A DNA stretch of 63,519 nt, filler included, from Octopus bimaculoides (Eukaryota): assembly GCF_001194135.2 (NCBI RefSeq). It is 12 parts of 9 records of this genome, joined end to end, with 100 filler letters (N's around TTAATTAATTAA, not from the genome) between each part and the next. Parts side by side here need not be neighbours in the genome. Positions count along the whole stretch, not along the records: positions 10,234 to 27,232 come from NC_068999.1; positions 27,333 to 31,764 come from NC_068986.1; positions 31,865 to 35,535 come from NC_068985.1; positions 35,636 to 40,502 come from NC_068988.1; 8 more parts are not named here. One strand, 5' to 3'. Made by a program: the position numbers and the translations under genes. Positions within the stretch are counted from its first letter, which is position 1. Each line of letters begins with the position of its first letter. The notes beneath the pieces were generated by a model. The model saw only the letters and a program-made list of their open reading frames with translations. It did no database searches and was not told the origin of the DNA. Shown piece after piece: positions 26,136 to 39,002 of the stretch.

Positions 26136-27182
26136 CATATATACGTACACACACATTATGTACATGAATATATGTATGCATGTATGTATGTATGTTGTAT
26201 GTATATGTATGTGTGTATTTATGTATATACATATATACGTACACACACATTATGTACATGAATATATGTATGCATGTATGTATGTATGTATGTATGTATG
26301 CATGTATATATGTATTTATGTTTATTTGTATTTGTATTCTTCGAATTTTATACAGTGATGTCTAATGCTCCAGAGATTTTATTTTCAAACTGTTTATAAA
26401 TAGTCTATGAAAGTAAATGAGGATTAGCGGCATCTGTTGACCAATAAACGAAGTACTTCTCTTTGCTTTTATATATGTTTTATATAAATCGATATTAAAA
26501 TAGAATTGATAATAAAATAAACAGAACAATAAAACAACCAAATTATCAACATAGAAAGACTGGGTTTTTCGGGTATTTTAAACAGGGTTAATGGCATTAA
26601 ATATTGATGTGCTGTTTAAAATGTGAAATAAAAGCACTTTCTATTATTTTGTTTTTATTTTCATTTATATATTATGTATATATATTTTTATTTATTATGT
26701 TTTTTTTGTTTTTTTTCTCGAACACAAAATCAAAATTCTAAATAATGACTTCTTTTGACTCGGCAGAAAATCTTTTTGTTGTTGTTGTTTGCTTTTTGTT
26801 TCTTTTAGATTTGATTTTATTTTTCATTAATATTGTTGTTTTTTATTTGGGTTTTTTTTTTCTCTAGAGAAAGCAAAATTACATTCACAGCACACAAACA
26901 CTTTACGCTATAATGTTTTCACCTTAAACCAACCCAGATTTATTCTCCATCATTCCTTTACCCAAAATAAAAACAAAATACATTAAGGACCATCAACTAT
27001 GTAGTGAATCTTCGTGGTTAATCAGCCTTCTAGAAACAGAAGTGAAATTTCCTTCAAATCATTACTCACATCTTCAAAAGAAGAAGTACACATTGAACAA
27101 TATAGGCTCTCTCTCCCTCTCTCGTTCTCCCTCTCTCGTTCTCCCTCTCTCGTTCTCTCTCTCTCTCTCTCTCTCTCCCTCT

Positions 27183-27232
<50 letters not shown>

Positions 27233-28483
27233 NNNNNNNNNNNNNNNNNNNNNNNNNNNNNNNNNNNNNNNNNNNNTTAATTAATTAANNNNNNNNNNNN
27301 NNNNNNNNNNNNNNNNNNNNNNNNNNNNNNNNATATATATATATATATATATATATATAGGAATGTCGATATAATATGTGTGTGTGAATCTTTGTGTTTG
27401 TGTGGGAGTCTCTGTGTGTGTGTGAATATATACCTACACACTCAAGATTACATATAAAAGCGTTTGCATAATCTATCACAGAAATATTTGTAAAAGCTAC
27501 ACAGTTTGGTCTTGCGATTATGTATAATGCATAAACTATCCAATGCATATAATGTATATAATTCGTAAAAGATTTATAATGCTATCAATATATCAGTCAT
27601 TCAGAAATTCTGCACAATTTATTTACTGACATGATAACAGAATTAACAGATTTTTTTAAAGCGCAGGATTAATTGCAGTATTTCCTTTCCTCAATCTAAA
27701 TTCTGTCCCAAAATTTTGACGATGATATTGTGTTTATAAAATATTTCATTACACATCAAGTAATGTTATTCCGAGTTACTAAAATTGCAAATGTGTACTA
27801 AGCACACAGCAATTTTAAATATTGCAGAGTATTTTGCAAATTAAAATGAAGGCCTGTTCTCTATAAGGTTGTGGAATATGATGAGACAAGAAAGTTAATA
27901 TATCACTGAACGGTACAGCGACTAATTTTTCATCAAAATATTCTATTACATATTCTATAAATAAAAATTCCTCTGTCAATTCTAATTAATTCAATGAACA
28001 GACTTTCCTGGGATAACGTCTCTCACATGAAGTAAGAGTTCAATCTTTTGCTAGGATAAAAATTATCTAGACTAGATTAAAGCATTACCAGCAACAAAGT
28101 GATAACATTTTCACACATAAACAAGTACAGTTAAAGAAAATTTTGCATATAAAATAAATATTCTTTTTGTATATATATATAAGAAATAACTGGGATTCAG
28201 TAGAATTAGGTACTTAAATTAAGGCAGTTCGGTAAAGTCCGCGTAGCTCAAAGTTAGGTGAATAAAAAGCAAATCATAGTAGGCTGTAGGTCTGCATTAT
28301 TTACTAAATTCATTCTGCCACAGAAATAGTAAGGAAAACAATGCAATTATTTTGGTTCCTAGTACTTATATAAGTTGAGCTAAAAAAAAATGGTTTATTC
28401 TTTATGTTATCAGTGATCAATTAAATGGAGCCGCTTGAAACGGCCGCAATGCACTGATACCTGGACATCCTTGTTACTTATTT

Positions 28484-28532
<49 letters not shown>

Positions 28533-28679
28533 AAGCCACTATTATCACTCATATCTCCTCATAACGTTTAAATTCAGAATTTGAATGTGTAGATAGAAGT
28601 TGACACATTATTCTTATCGGTCGTGATACATATAAGCCCCAAGGTAAGGTCTTGTATCAATTTCTATCTATAGGAATAC

Positions 28680-28739
28680 TCTCCTGAAGAGACGAACGGG
28701 ACCCTTAATAGGTTCTTAATGTCGAAATTGCAATAGAGA
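28680..28739 (+). ncRNA. Minimal type I hammerhead ribozyme-like motif, canonical core
   Basis: TCTC-CTGAAGA-GAC..(27 nt)..GTC-GAAA-TTGCAATA-GAGA: stem I TCTC/GAGA, stem II GAC/GTC, palindromic ATTGCAAT stem III, AUA triplet. Confidence 0.75.
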
Positions 28740-29348
28740 ATTACCTTTTCATTTTTAAGTTGTGGATTTTATATGTCATGTCGCCCGCAGACAGCATTTA
28801 TTTTGAGGGGATATAATTTGAGTGATAATAATGAATTTATAGTGGGTTTTGACTGCTATTTTTAAACAAGTAAGGGTTTTGGAAACCCTCTCAGTCATAA
28901 TTGTAACGTGTTCATAATTATAATTAATTGCTTATAATATATTCTCCGTAATGTATTATTACATTATTATAACATATATATATATATACATACATACATA
29001 TATACATACATACATACATACATACATACATACATACATACATACATACAGGAGTAGCCAGAATAGGTATGTAGTCGCTTAATATGAGTGAAATATTTTG
29101 TTTTCTTTCAAAAGAAATTTGAGAAATGAAAAGGATATCCCACTCATATTCAGCAACTGTATATTACTTTTGATCACCTGTATGTATATCTATTGTTGTT
29201 TGTTTAATGTCAACTTATAATGAAAACAATTTAATATTACGCTGAAGAATTTCTCTATACTATTTGTACATTATATAATTTGCAATACATTATTCATGAG
29301 AACATCAGGTGACAGTCCCTCCAAAATTTTAGACTGGGAGCCTACAGC

Positions 29349-29376
29349 CTGACGAAGGTTAGCAGGCCGAAACGTC
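29349..29376 (+). ncRNA. Minimal hammerhead ribozyme-like core with weak stem I
   Basis: CTGACGA-A-GGTT-AGCA-GGCC-GAAAC-GTC; only about 1 bp of local stem I. Confidence 0.55.
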
Positions 29377-29897
29377 GAAGTTACTGTCACCCCATCCTCT
29401 TATAAAAGTATAATTCCAACTCACATACACACACATATACATACCCATAAAAATAATTCACAACTCTATAAACATTTTTTCAAAACACTGAACTAACTTC
29501 AGATACACCGTAAAAATCCATGTATAATGCGCACCATTTTCCTTAGCAAATCATGATTACAATTAGGGATGCAAATAAATAAATGTCATTAGGAAGACAA
29601 AGTTTGTATCCAGCAATTTTTTAGTATATAAAATCACAATATTGTGGGGAAAAAAATTAATCATTTTGATCATTGTGTTATTATTCTAGTGCTGATTTGA
29701 AACCGAATCGCTAGATAAAGGGTCAGATACCATGAGCAAACCGTCACAATTTCACATGATCGGTCTATTAAGCAACCAATCAACGTGAAGCCGTGGCGTG
29801 ATGCTGTCTTCTAGAATGTTATTGTCCCCTATAAAAAAAATCCGTTTCTTCCCAGAATGTTGAAGGAGGTTGAGCAACATACACCTCCATTCTTTGT

Positions 29898-30155
29898 GGG
29901 GGCGCGTGACTTAGTGTTTAAGGCGATAAACTCATGATCGTAAAATTGAGGTTTCGATTCCTGGGCCGGGCGGCGTGTTGTGTTCTTGAGCAAAACACTT
30001 CATTTCACGTTGCTCCAGTCCACTCAGCTGACAAAAATGAGTAATTCTGCGACGGACCGGCGTCCCATCTAGGTGGAGAATATATTACGCCATAAAACCG
30101 GGAAACCAGCCCTCATGAGTCGGTATGATTCGAGAAGGTAACTTTACTTTTACCT
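29898..30155 (+). mobile_element. tRNA-derived SINE, family C
   Basis: ggggcgcgtgacttagtg A box, ggtttcgattcc B box, family C body, actttactttt tail. Confidence 0.85.
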
Positions 30156-30823
30156 CTAATCTTGACACCATAACTGTTCCAGGCATTTACGCTAACAGCC
30201 AACACAGATGGCCTAGGATAGACGACCAACGACCTCTGTCACCAGCATAGCTGATTTCATATACTATAGGCCGACCGCATGTTGCTGTACCGATGTCTGC
30301 CTTTAATCTCAGAGCAATACCTCTCTCCTAGTTTGTAACTATTGCTGCTGTTAACTATATATGGCCAACACAGATTAACTTTATGTGCGTCATCAAATAC
30401 TTTAGTTAAAAGTTTGAGGCTGTTGTTTAAGTTTTTTTTTTTTCACGTCACCAAGAAACATATCTTCATGGACCAACTCAACCACTGAACCGCAAACAAC
30501 TGACACCAAAAATAACATTAGTGACTCCGACGTATTCGAATCAGCATCCTAACCATAGGTCACGCTCCCTCACACTTTTCAATGAAATTTATATGAAATG
30601 AAATATAAGAAGAAACTATCTACTCTTGCAGGAGTTGTGCAACAATCCGTGTTATGCATGGTATCATTGACTTTTAGAGGATTAAGGACCAAAATTCGGA
30701 ATGCGTCTGATACGTGGAAGCGTGTTATACAGAGACTTTTACGGTAAACATTTGCAACAATGATATTGAGGATTGCTCTAAGCTGCCCTACAGTACACAT
30801 ACAAAACTTCAGCTATCTGCAAC

Positions 30824-30864
<41 letters not shown>

Positions 30865-31354
30865 AAAATTGTGTCATTGAAAATTTTCTTTGTTATAATT
30901 TTATGGCAAAAACGATAATAGTTTTTAAATAATTGAAATAACAATATCAGGTACGTATCATATTGTGCATAACGAGTTTAAAATTATTAGACATTAAATT
31001 ACATTAAATCATCACATAAAATTTTTACTTTTTTATCATCGAATCAAGATCATTATTGCATGAAAAAAATTGCCTGTCAATCCATTCGTATTTGGTATAA
31101 CTGGAATGAAACACAATTACTTCTGTAAAGAGATCGGTTGATTGCTTATAATAATAAAATACAACATTGGAAACGTCTTTGAAGCAAGAGTACAGGGATA
31201 TGTAAATATTAATATATAATTTTGATGACAATTTCCAGAATGCATGTATTGCAGGATATACTACTTTATCTGCATAATACAGGAAATGAAAGGATTAAAC
31301 ATCTACCAAATAAATTGTAAGATTATATTAAAGATAAGGATGATAATGACAATG

Positions 31355-31406
<52 letters not shown>

Positions 31407-31417
31407 CAACAACAATC

Positions 31418-31631
31418 ATTTCTACTATAGGCACAAAACCTGAAATTTGTGGAGAGGGAACTAGTCAATTACATCGACTCCAATGTTTCACTGGTACTTA
31501 ATTAATCGATCCCAAAATGATGAAAGGCAAAGTCGATCTCGGCGGAATTTGAACTCAGAACGTAGCGACGGGCGAAATACCGCTAAGCATTTCGTCCAGT
31601 GTGCTAACGGTTCTGCCAGCTCGCCACATTA

Positions 31632-31686
<55 letters not shown>

Positions 31687-31764
31687 ATAATAATAATAAT
31701 ATTATTAATAATAATAATAATATTATTAATAATAATAATAATATTATTAATAATAATAATAATA
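31418..31764 (-). mobile_element. SINE family B, full-length, between (AAT)n arrays
   Basis: tttctactataggcacaa...ggcaaagtcgatctcggcggaatttgaactcagaacg...gctaacggttctgccagctcgcc, the reverse complement of a tRNA-headed SINE. Confidence 0.9.
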
Positions 31765-31864
31765 NNNNNNNNNNNNNNNNNNNNNNNNNNNNNNNNNNNN
31801 NNNNNNNNTTAATTAATTAANNNNNNNNNNNNNNNNNNNNNNNNNNNNNNNNNNNNNNNNNNNN

Positions 31865-32233
31865 GCACGCCCCAAGTCGCTAATTTAACTAGAAATATTA
31901 TTCAAGATTTCGACCCTAAAGACCAAACGCACAACCCTCATTCTCATGATATAGCACCTTTAGATTATTACCGTTATTTGGTCGCTCTCCAGTAATCAGC
32001 GAGGCGTTTCGTTCAACAAAGATGAAGAGCTGAAAATGTGGTTCGATGAATTCTTCGAGACAAGAATTTCTACCACCAAGGCTTGGATGGAAAAGCTAAA
32101 GGAACGTCGGAAAGACGTGGTGCACAGCGAAGGAGAATACGTTATTGATTAAATTGTTAAAACTGTTGATGGAAAATAAGAACCAAAATAAATGGAAAAC
32201 AAAGAGCAAACGAATTTATCTGACAAATCAATA
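31865..32233 (+). mobile_element. mariner transposase C-terminal remnant with 3' TIR
   Basis: ARPQVANLTR..HSHDIAPLDYY (cf. YSPDLAPSDY), then frameshifted FNKDEELKMWFDEFF and KLKERRKDVVHSEGEYVID* (TAA 32150-32152). TIR-like gaatttatctgacaaatcaa followed by TA. Confidence 0.85.
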
Positions 32234-33359
32234 TTTCAACATTGTTATTTTCTGTCGATTAAAAGACAAACTCTGAGCATCTGATTAAAATAGAGATTTT
32301 ATGAAAGAAAATATCAATTTTCTCTGAGAGGCTAAATTCACAAACGCTGCTGTTCTGATCATAGCGATTGGCCTGTCAAATATATTGGAAATAATTTTAA
32401 GGTTTCTAACATCGTTATTTTATAAAGATTTATTTCCAAACATCAATCCAGATATCTAAAAGAATGCTGACTCTAATTGAATCGTCTTTTAGAAGAATTT
32501 TGGGTTAACACGATATCTTTGGAGTCAAATTACTTTTACTATTGATATTTCTTATTTCTAAGCTAAGATTAAATTATTTCTAAACTAAATTTTAAAATCC
32601 CTGTAAAAAAAAAAAATTCAAAATATTAAAATTTTTCAGCCATGCGTTTACTTGAAATAAATGTTACCAATACGAGTTCTTACGTAGATCTTGAATTCAG
32701 TACTAAGCAATTGCTTTATGTTTCCTCATTCTGTGAGATTTAAAATGAATTTTCATATGTAAATAAATTTTGACTGTAAACCTGATTCGTGTTTATTAAT
32801 TATAAGAAAGAATTATTTTATTTTCTTGAAGGGAAATTCATTGAATAATGTATTAAGTAACAACTTATAAACAAAATTCATCAATAATAAGCGGGTATTT
32901 AAGACCATGGGCTTTGTAACCTTTTATTTGGTGTCTTAAAACCTGGGTATTTATATGAAGTTAGATCAAACGTTAAATCCAAAACGATAATAATATTTGA
33001 ATTTCTTTGAACATTATTGTTTTTGGTTCAAGTCTCTAATTAAAGCAAATTACTTCTCTACACTCATTTCATTGTTGGGTTTATAATTACCATGTAATGA
33101 TTTTAATATCGTTTTATAAAGACCATATTACAAATGATGGAATTCATAGTTCACCAAATACAAAATATAAAGATCTACGAGTTCACAACTTACGGCAGAA
33201 TCTAAGTTACCCATCACTCGATTTCTCTTTGCTTTTGAATCATCATTCATGTGTAGTTTCCAGTGCAATTGAGTGTTGTGAATCGCGATTTGGTAACCCA
33301 TGGGTAACACTCAATTGCATGAGTTGCCTTCTCTTATTGTACTAGTTGCTAATTGCTTC

Positions 33360-33550
33360 TAACAGAGGCGCTGCACCTGAAATTTGTGAGGTAAAGATTA
33401 TTTGATACCATTAATCTCAATACTTGACTGGTAGTTTATTCCGCCAACTTCAGAAGTGTGAAAGCAAAGTTGACCGCGGCGGGATTTGAACACAAAATAT
33501 AAATACCGCATCGCAGTTTTCCGACATTGACGATTTTGCCAGTTCGTCAC
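33360..33550 (-). mobile_element. SINE family B, diverged
   Basis: cctgaaatttgtg..ttgactggtagttta..gcaaagttgaccgcggcgggatttgaac..ttttgccagttcg. Confidence 0.6.
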
Positions 33551-34641
33551 CGCCCTGTTTTCTAATAAGGGCCAGTCACTTGCTTATTTAAGAGAACTTG
33601 GCTTAATTTATCTAATCCACTTTTTGTTGGGTTTAAAAAGTTTTCATTGTAGTCCTTAAATTCAATATAAAGTTTGCGTTGAGCTAAAATTTTGCTGTAT
33701 TGTACATTTAAATCTGTAGAGTTTCATCTGGCTTCAGATTAATGAATTTGCATTCTAGTAACATTTTTATAGTATCCCTATTATCATTACATATTAGGTT
33801 TTATTCTCAATTTCATATAAATTTTACCGCTGTTCAGAGATGACAAAATTTTTCATAAATATTTACTGTTTTGTCTTCAAATTCTCCTTTAAATTCTGCT
33901 GAAACTTGTAGGTTGAATTTTCGAATTTCATCCTTTAAATTAGGTATATAAAAGCTTCAATTTGAAAGGTCATAGTAGCTTATGTCTCAGTAGACATTTT
34001 TCAAGGTTAAAACCGAACTAGTTATACGTAGGCAGGCAAGGGTCATATTTCTCAAAGCAAAACGTTTTTCAACGCAATTCCTAGAAATTCTTTACGTTTC
34101 GTAATGGTCATTTTATAAATTGTTTTATTTTGCTGAAACGATTTTGTTAAAAAATTCCAACGGATATTGATTCAATGTTCAGCTGAATCCCTGTGTATCT
34201 GAAAAGGGCGCAACATCTAGGAGCAACATAGGAAGGAGATACACAACAGTGCAAACAATCCATGGATAGAAAAAAACTCGATTGAAGGATGTAGAATGGA
34301 TTATAAATTATATTTTAAGCTGAAATTACATCGATTGCAACTATTAGTTTCATGGTTTACTGATTTTCAAGCAATCAATGAAATAAATGAAATAATTTTA
34401 TATTTTTATATGTGATAAAATACAAAAAAATATCGTTGAATATACACATTAAGCATACAAAAACCTTTTGATGTAGTTGGAACGTTATTGTATAAGGCTT
34501 TCAACCATCTGCATCTAATACTTCCCGTTCATGCGGAAGCTATGTAATTTCAGCTTGAAATAAAATTTGTAACCTACTCTACATGCTTGTATCAAGTTAT
34601 TTACACCTCAGAATTACTTAAACTAATGGATGTATCTTCTA

Positions 34642-34684
<43 letters not shown>

Positions 34685-34805
34685 GTGTGTATGTAAATAT
34701 ATATATACATACACACACATATATGCATATATACATATGTATATGTATATATACATACATATACATTTATTCGTATGTGTATACATATTTATTTATATTC
34801 TTTAC

Positions 34806-34850
<45 letters not shown>

Positions 34851-34984
34851 TATATATATATATGAACGTACGTGTGTGTGTGTGTGTGCGTTCTCCTCTA
34901 CTTTTGAATATTTGAAGTCTCCCTGAAAGGAGGGACCTGGTTATAAAGATATTAAGATCCTTCGTTGGAATGTCGATAACAGAA

Positions 34985-35400
34985 ACAAATTCACCAATTT
35001 AAACATTAGAAATATCATGCATATTTTTACTGTTCGACTTACAAACTCCGTTTGTAATGTGCACATTGACCGGTAGATTTCTTGTTCAGAAAATCCTAGT
35101 TCTTCGAGATTCTGACTTTTAAGCACTTGCTCACAAAACCAAGTGTTGGTTTAAATGCGAATTTATAATCTAGGCTTATAAACTGAAGTTTTCGAAGCAA
35201 CTGCCCATAGTTACCTTCTTTCTTTTTGATTTTCGATGAGATGTTCACATCAGCAGGAAAGCTGATATTTAGGACGGTACATACTTTTTCTTGTCTGTCC
35301 CTAATAACAATGCCCGTCTTATTATGTTTACACATAACAGAAGTGTTGATGGGAATGGTCCTCCTGTATTCCTTGCTAAACACACATACATAATACAGAT
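34985..35400 (-). mobile_element. Non-LTR retrotransposon restriction-like endonuclease (RLE) C-terminal remnant (R4/NeSL-like)
   Basis: IPINTSVMCKHNKTGIVIRDRQEKVCTVLNISFPADVNISSKIKKKEGNYGQL resembles the KPDIV..IEISCP.D.N...KE.EK..Y RLE motif; continues frameshifted as LEELGFSEQEIYR..LQTEFVSRTVKIC..FLMF. Clade uncertain. Confidence 0.72.
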
Positions 35401-35475
35401 GTACACATAGTGGCATCCCTGTACTGATGGTGGGCTTGTAACTTATTTGTGTTGTACAAAGCACTTTGAGTACAA

Positions 35476-35535
<60 letters not shown>

Positions 35536-35742
35536 NNNNNNNNNNNNNNNNNNNNNNNNNNNNNNNNNNNNNNNNNNNNTTAATTAATTAANNNNNNNNN
35601 NNNNNNNNNNNNNNNNNNNNNNNNNNNNNNNNNNNGATCGAAATTCTACCCCGCTTCTTTTTTTTTATCCCCCAAAAGAAAAGCTCTACATTCTATTTTG
35701 TCCACTTTCTGTATTTAGCCGTGTGTGACCATAATAAAAAAG

Positions 35743-35743
35743 A

Positions 35744-35830
<87 letters not shown>
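35743..35830. repeat. (ATCT)n microsatellite
   Basis: Direct reading. Confidence 0.97.
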
Positions 35831-36197
35831 ACAGTATACACACACACACACACACATATATATCAAATATATGGATCAAAGCAGTTTGATTCAAACTTGT
35901 TGATACACTTAAGTTTCAAGCGTGATGATAGTCGTCAGCCATTTTGAATTTGAATAACAGAAGTTGATTGTTATTACCGTAAGGTGGACTGCGATAAGTC
36001 GAGGAAGGTTACGCAGTCTCGTGGTTCCCTGTTGGTATATATGGGTAACAGATAGTTGGAAAATATCGCATGGTATATATATATGTGTGTGTGTGTGTAC
36101 ATACACACACATATATATTTATGTATATATTATGCATATATGTGTGTATATATGTTCATGTATATATGAGTGTATATATGTATATGTATGTATGGGC

Positions 36198-36257
<60 letters not shown>

Positions 36258-36349
36258 AAGATGTCGCTAGGCATAGCATTACTAATAACCTGCTATTAGA
36301 ATTCAACGTACATATGCTCTTCGATGGTTACCTTGCTCTTCATTTTACA

Positions 36350-36431
36350 GGCTCCGAGGAAGCTTATAAGGTGATGCTCAAGCGCTCAGCTGTGAGCGCA
36401 CTGCATCTTATACCAGAAACAGCTGTAAGCT
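36350..36431 (+). ncRNA. Hammerhead-like motif, U4C variant with long stem II
   Basis: GGCT-CCGAGGA...CCA-GAAAC-AGCT-GTA-AGCT; palindrome ACAGCTGT; internal hairpins gcgctca/tgagcgc and tataag..gatgc/gcatcttata. Confidence 0.55.
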
Positions 36432-37139
36432 AATGAAATCGCGTACGTAATTTCTGTTCCCTTGTCAGTTCATATATATATATAAATTTCATTTATTCGA
36501 AGATAAAACTTTATAATTGCTCCTCTGGGGTTTCTCTCATCTTCGTAACTTCAAGCACACACACAGACACAGACACACATACACATACACACACACAAAC
36601 GAGTGCGCGTGCGTACGCAATATCGACTTTAGAGAATTGGAGTATGTAAAGACAAGGCGAAGTATTAGTGTAGACACAGATACAAGTTAGAAGTTCATGT
36701 AGGTGCTATGCCTAGGGTACCATATATTTGTATTGGTACATAGTGTTGTTTTATTACTATTATTATTATTATTATCATTATTATCATCATCATCATCATC
36801 ATCATCATCAACATCATCATCATCATCATCTCTACAGTGAACCATCTAAATATACCGGAAACAACGTTGTTCAAATGTGCAGAAGTTGTTTGTTTTTTTA
36901 ATGTTAATATCTATAAACACAGCCTTAGATGCTCATGCATTGGTCCGGATATTGAAAAGTGGTAGAGTAAAGTGATATCCTTGTACAGTGCTACCTGGTT
37001 TCTGTTTTCAAATTGTGGACGCCATTGTCGTAGATGAGAGATGAGAGGTTTCGCAATTACTTGCCGAATAACCTGCACAGAAAATTTGTTTATAGTGATT
37101 AAATGTTTATGCTGTAGATGAGTTCACCCCGTTCACGAA

Positions 37140-37325
37140 ATCGATAACGGCTGTACAGGTGCACGCAGTGGGTCATACGTAAGGTGTCAAAGTGATTGCA
37201 GAGCAACGTGTGATGAATTGTTTTTATTGAAAAAAAAACACAACTAGTTGTTCCGGTCATGTGAATCGAAACCATGATCTCGCGATCGTGAGTGCAACGT
37301 TCAAACCATTCGGCCACGTTCTCTC
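37140..37325 (-). mobile_element. tRNA-derived SINE (family C-like), diverged
   Basis: Reverse complement reads gagagaacgtggccgaatggttt..ggtttcgattc..ttgtgtt. Confidence 0.6.
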
Positions 37326-37670
37326 GCAACTGATACATCACAATACAATATATAATCACAGAACCCAGTATACCATATCACAACATGATACAGCTGATGG
37401 AATGTTATATATTGTCGCTATGTCGCTGTGTAGATGGCTGACGTCATCTTGAAGACAATTTACTCCCTCCCCACTTACACTGGGCTATTCCTAAAAACAA
37501 CAACAACAACAACAACAACACAAAATAGCAAGAAAATAAAATCTGACAATGACTTAGCTAAGCGTAAGGACAGCCTACAGTGAAGAATTACATGCGTCAC
37601 TGCTAAGAACAGGGGCTTAGTAAATACAAAGACACGGTCTTCAGCGGCAAAATGGTTGTAACTACTACTA

Positions 37671-37702
<32 letters not shown>

Positions 37703-37858
37703 TCTTTCCTACTTTAGGCACAAGGTCTGAACGTTTTGGGGGTAAGGTAGAATAGCCGGTTACATCAACCTCAGTACTCAACTAATGCTTTGCTTTATTG
37801 ACCCCGGAAGGGTGAAAGGCAAAATCGATCTCGGCGGAATTTGAACTCGGAATATAAA

Positions 37859-37956
<98 letters not shown>

Positions 37957-37968
37957 GTAATAATAATG

Positions 37969-38002
<34 letters not shown>

Positions 38003-38952
38003 TGTCAATAATAACAACAACAATGATAAAAGCAATACGAAAATAACAACATTTTTTGTCGGGGATTAGTCAATTACATCGACCCCAGTGCTTGACTTGT
38101 ACTTGTTTTATCGATTCAGAAAAGGATGATAAGTAAAGTCGACCTCGGCGGAATTTCAACTCAGAACGTAAAAAACGGACGAAATGCTGCTAAGTATTTT
38201 CTCCGGCATGCTAACGATTCTGCCGGCTCACTGCCTGAATAAACAACAACAACAACAACAAAACCAACAGTACTTTCTCTATTGGCTACAAGGATTGCAG
38301 AAACATTTAAGACAATACCAAGATGGAGGACAGTGGGGATTTACAAAAAAAGAAAAAGAAAAAGAAACCGTATAAACAATATAAAAAAACTATAACCCTT
38401 AGCAAAAATTCCCCAATAGGGCGGAAACGACACCCAGGTTCAGCAAGAAACCTCACAGATCTCAAGATACTTTACTCACCAGAGGTGCATGACGTGTGCC
38501 CCTTCCTCCAATGTACCCCTTAATCTATAGCAGCCAATTTAGCGTAGGCACACTTACTCGAACCATCCTCACCACATTCATCCACATTTCAACAAATTCA
38601 CTTTGGAGCAATACACCCCCACTTAACCCTCATCTTTGATTCCAAATGGAATTGAAAAAAGTCGATGAGGCGATGGCCGATAACAATGATCCACAAATCG
38701 ATAGAGAGCGAGCGTTATAATAGTCAATAATATTGACTCATGGCTGTGTAAGTTATTTTATCGATCTCTGAAACAATGAAAATAAAGGCCACGAATCCAT
38801 AGGAAAAGAGTACAATCATTTTATATCGACCGCAGTACTTCCCTTGTTACTTTATTTTTATTAACTCCGAGAAAGATGTGAAGTAAAGCCGACCTCGGCG
38901 AGTTTCGAATTCAGATCGCGCTTGGCCGAGTCATTCGAATCGCGTCTTCTGC

Positions 38953-39002
<50 letters not shown>

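Noticed and set aside
26125-26295. Roughly 95-bp direct duplication within a TA-rich tract
   Set aside because: Real but within low-complexity sequence next to a gap; ordinary slippage or an assembly effect.
29771-29840. CCAAT box (29776) plus TATAAAA (29830) promoter-like pair
   Set aside because: Such motifs are common in AT-rich DNA, and only a SINE lies downstream.
35897-35945. Minus-strand CTGACGA...GAAAC-TTAA-GTG hammerhead-like string
   Set aside because: It has a palindromic stem III, but no stem II or stem I pairing, and G at position 17.
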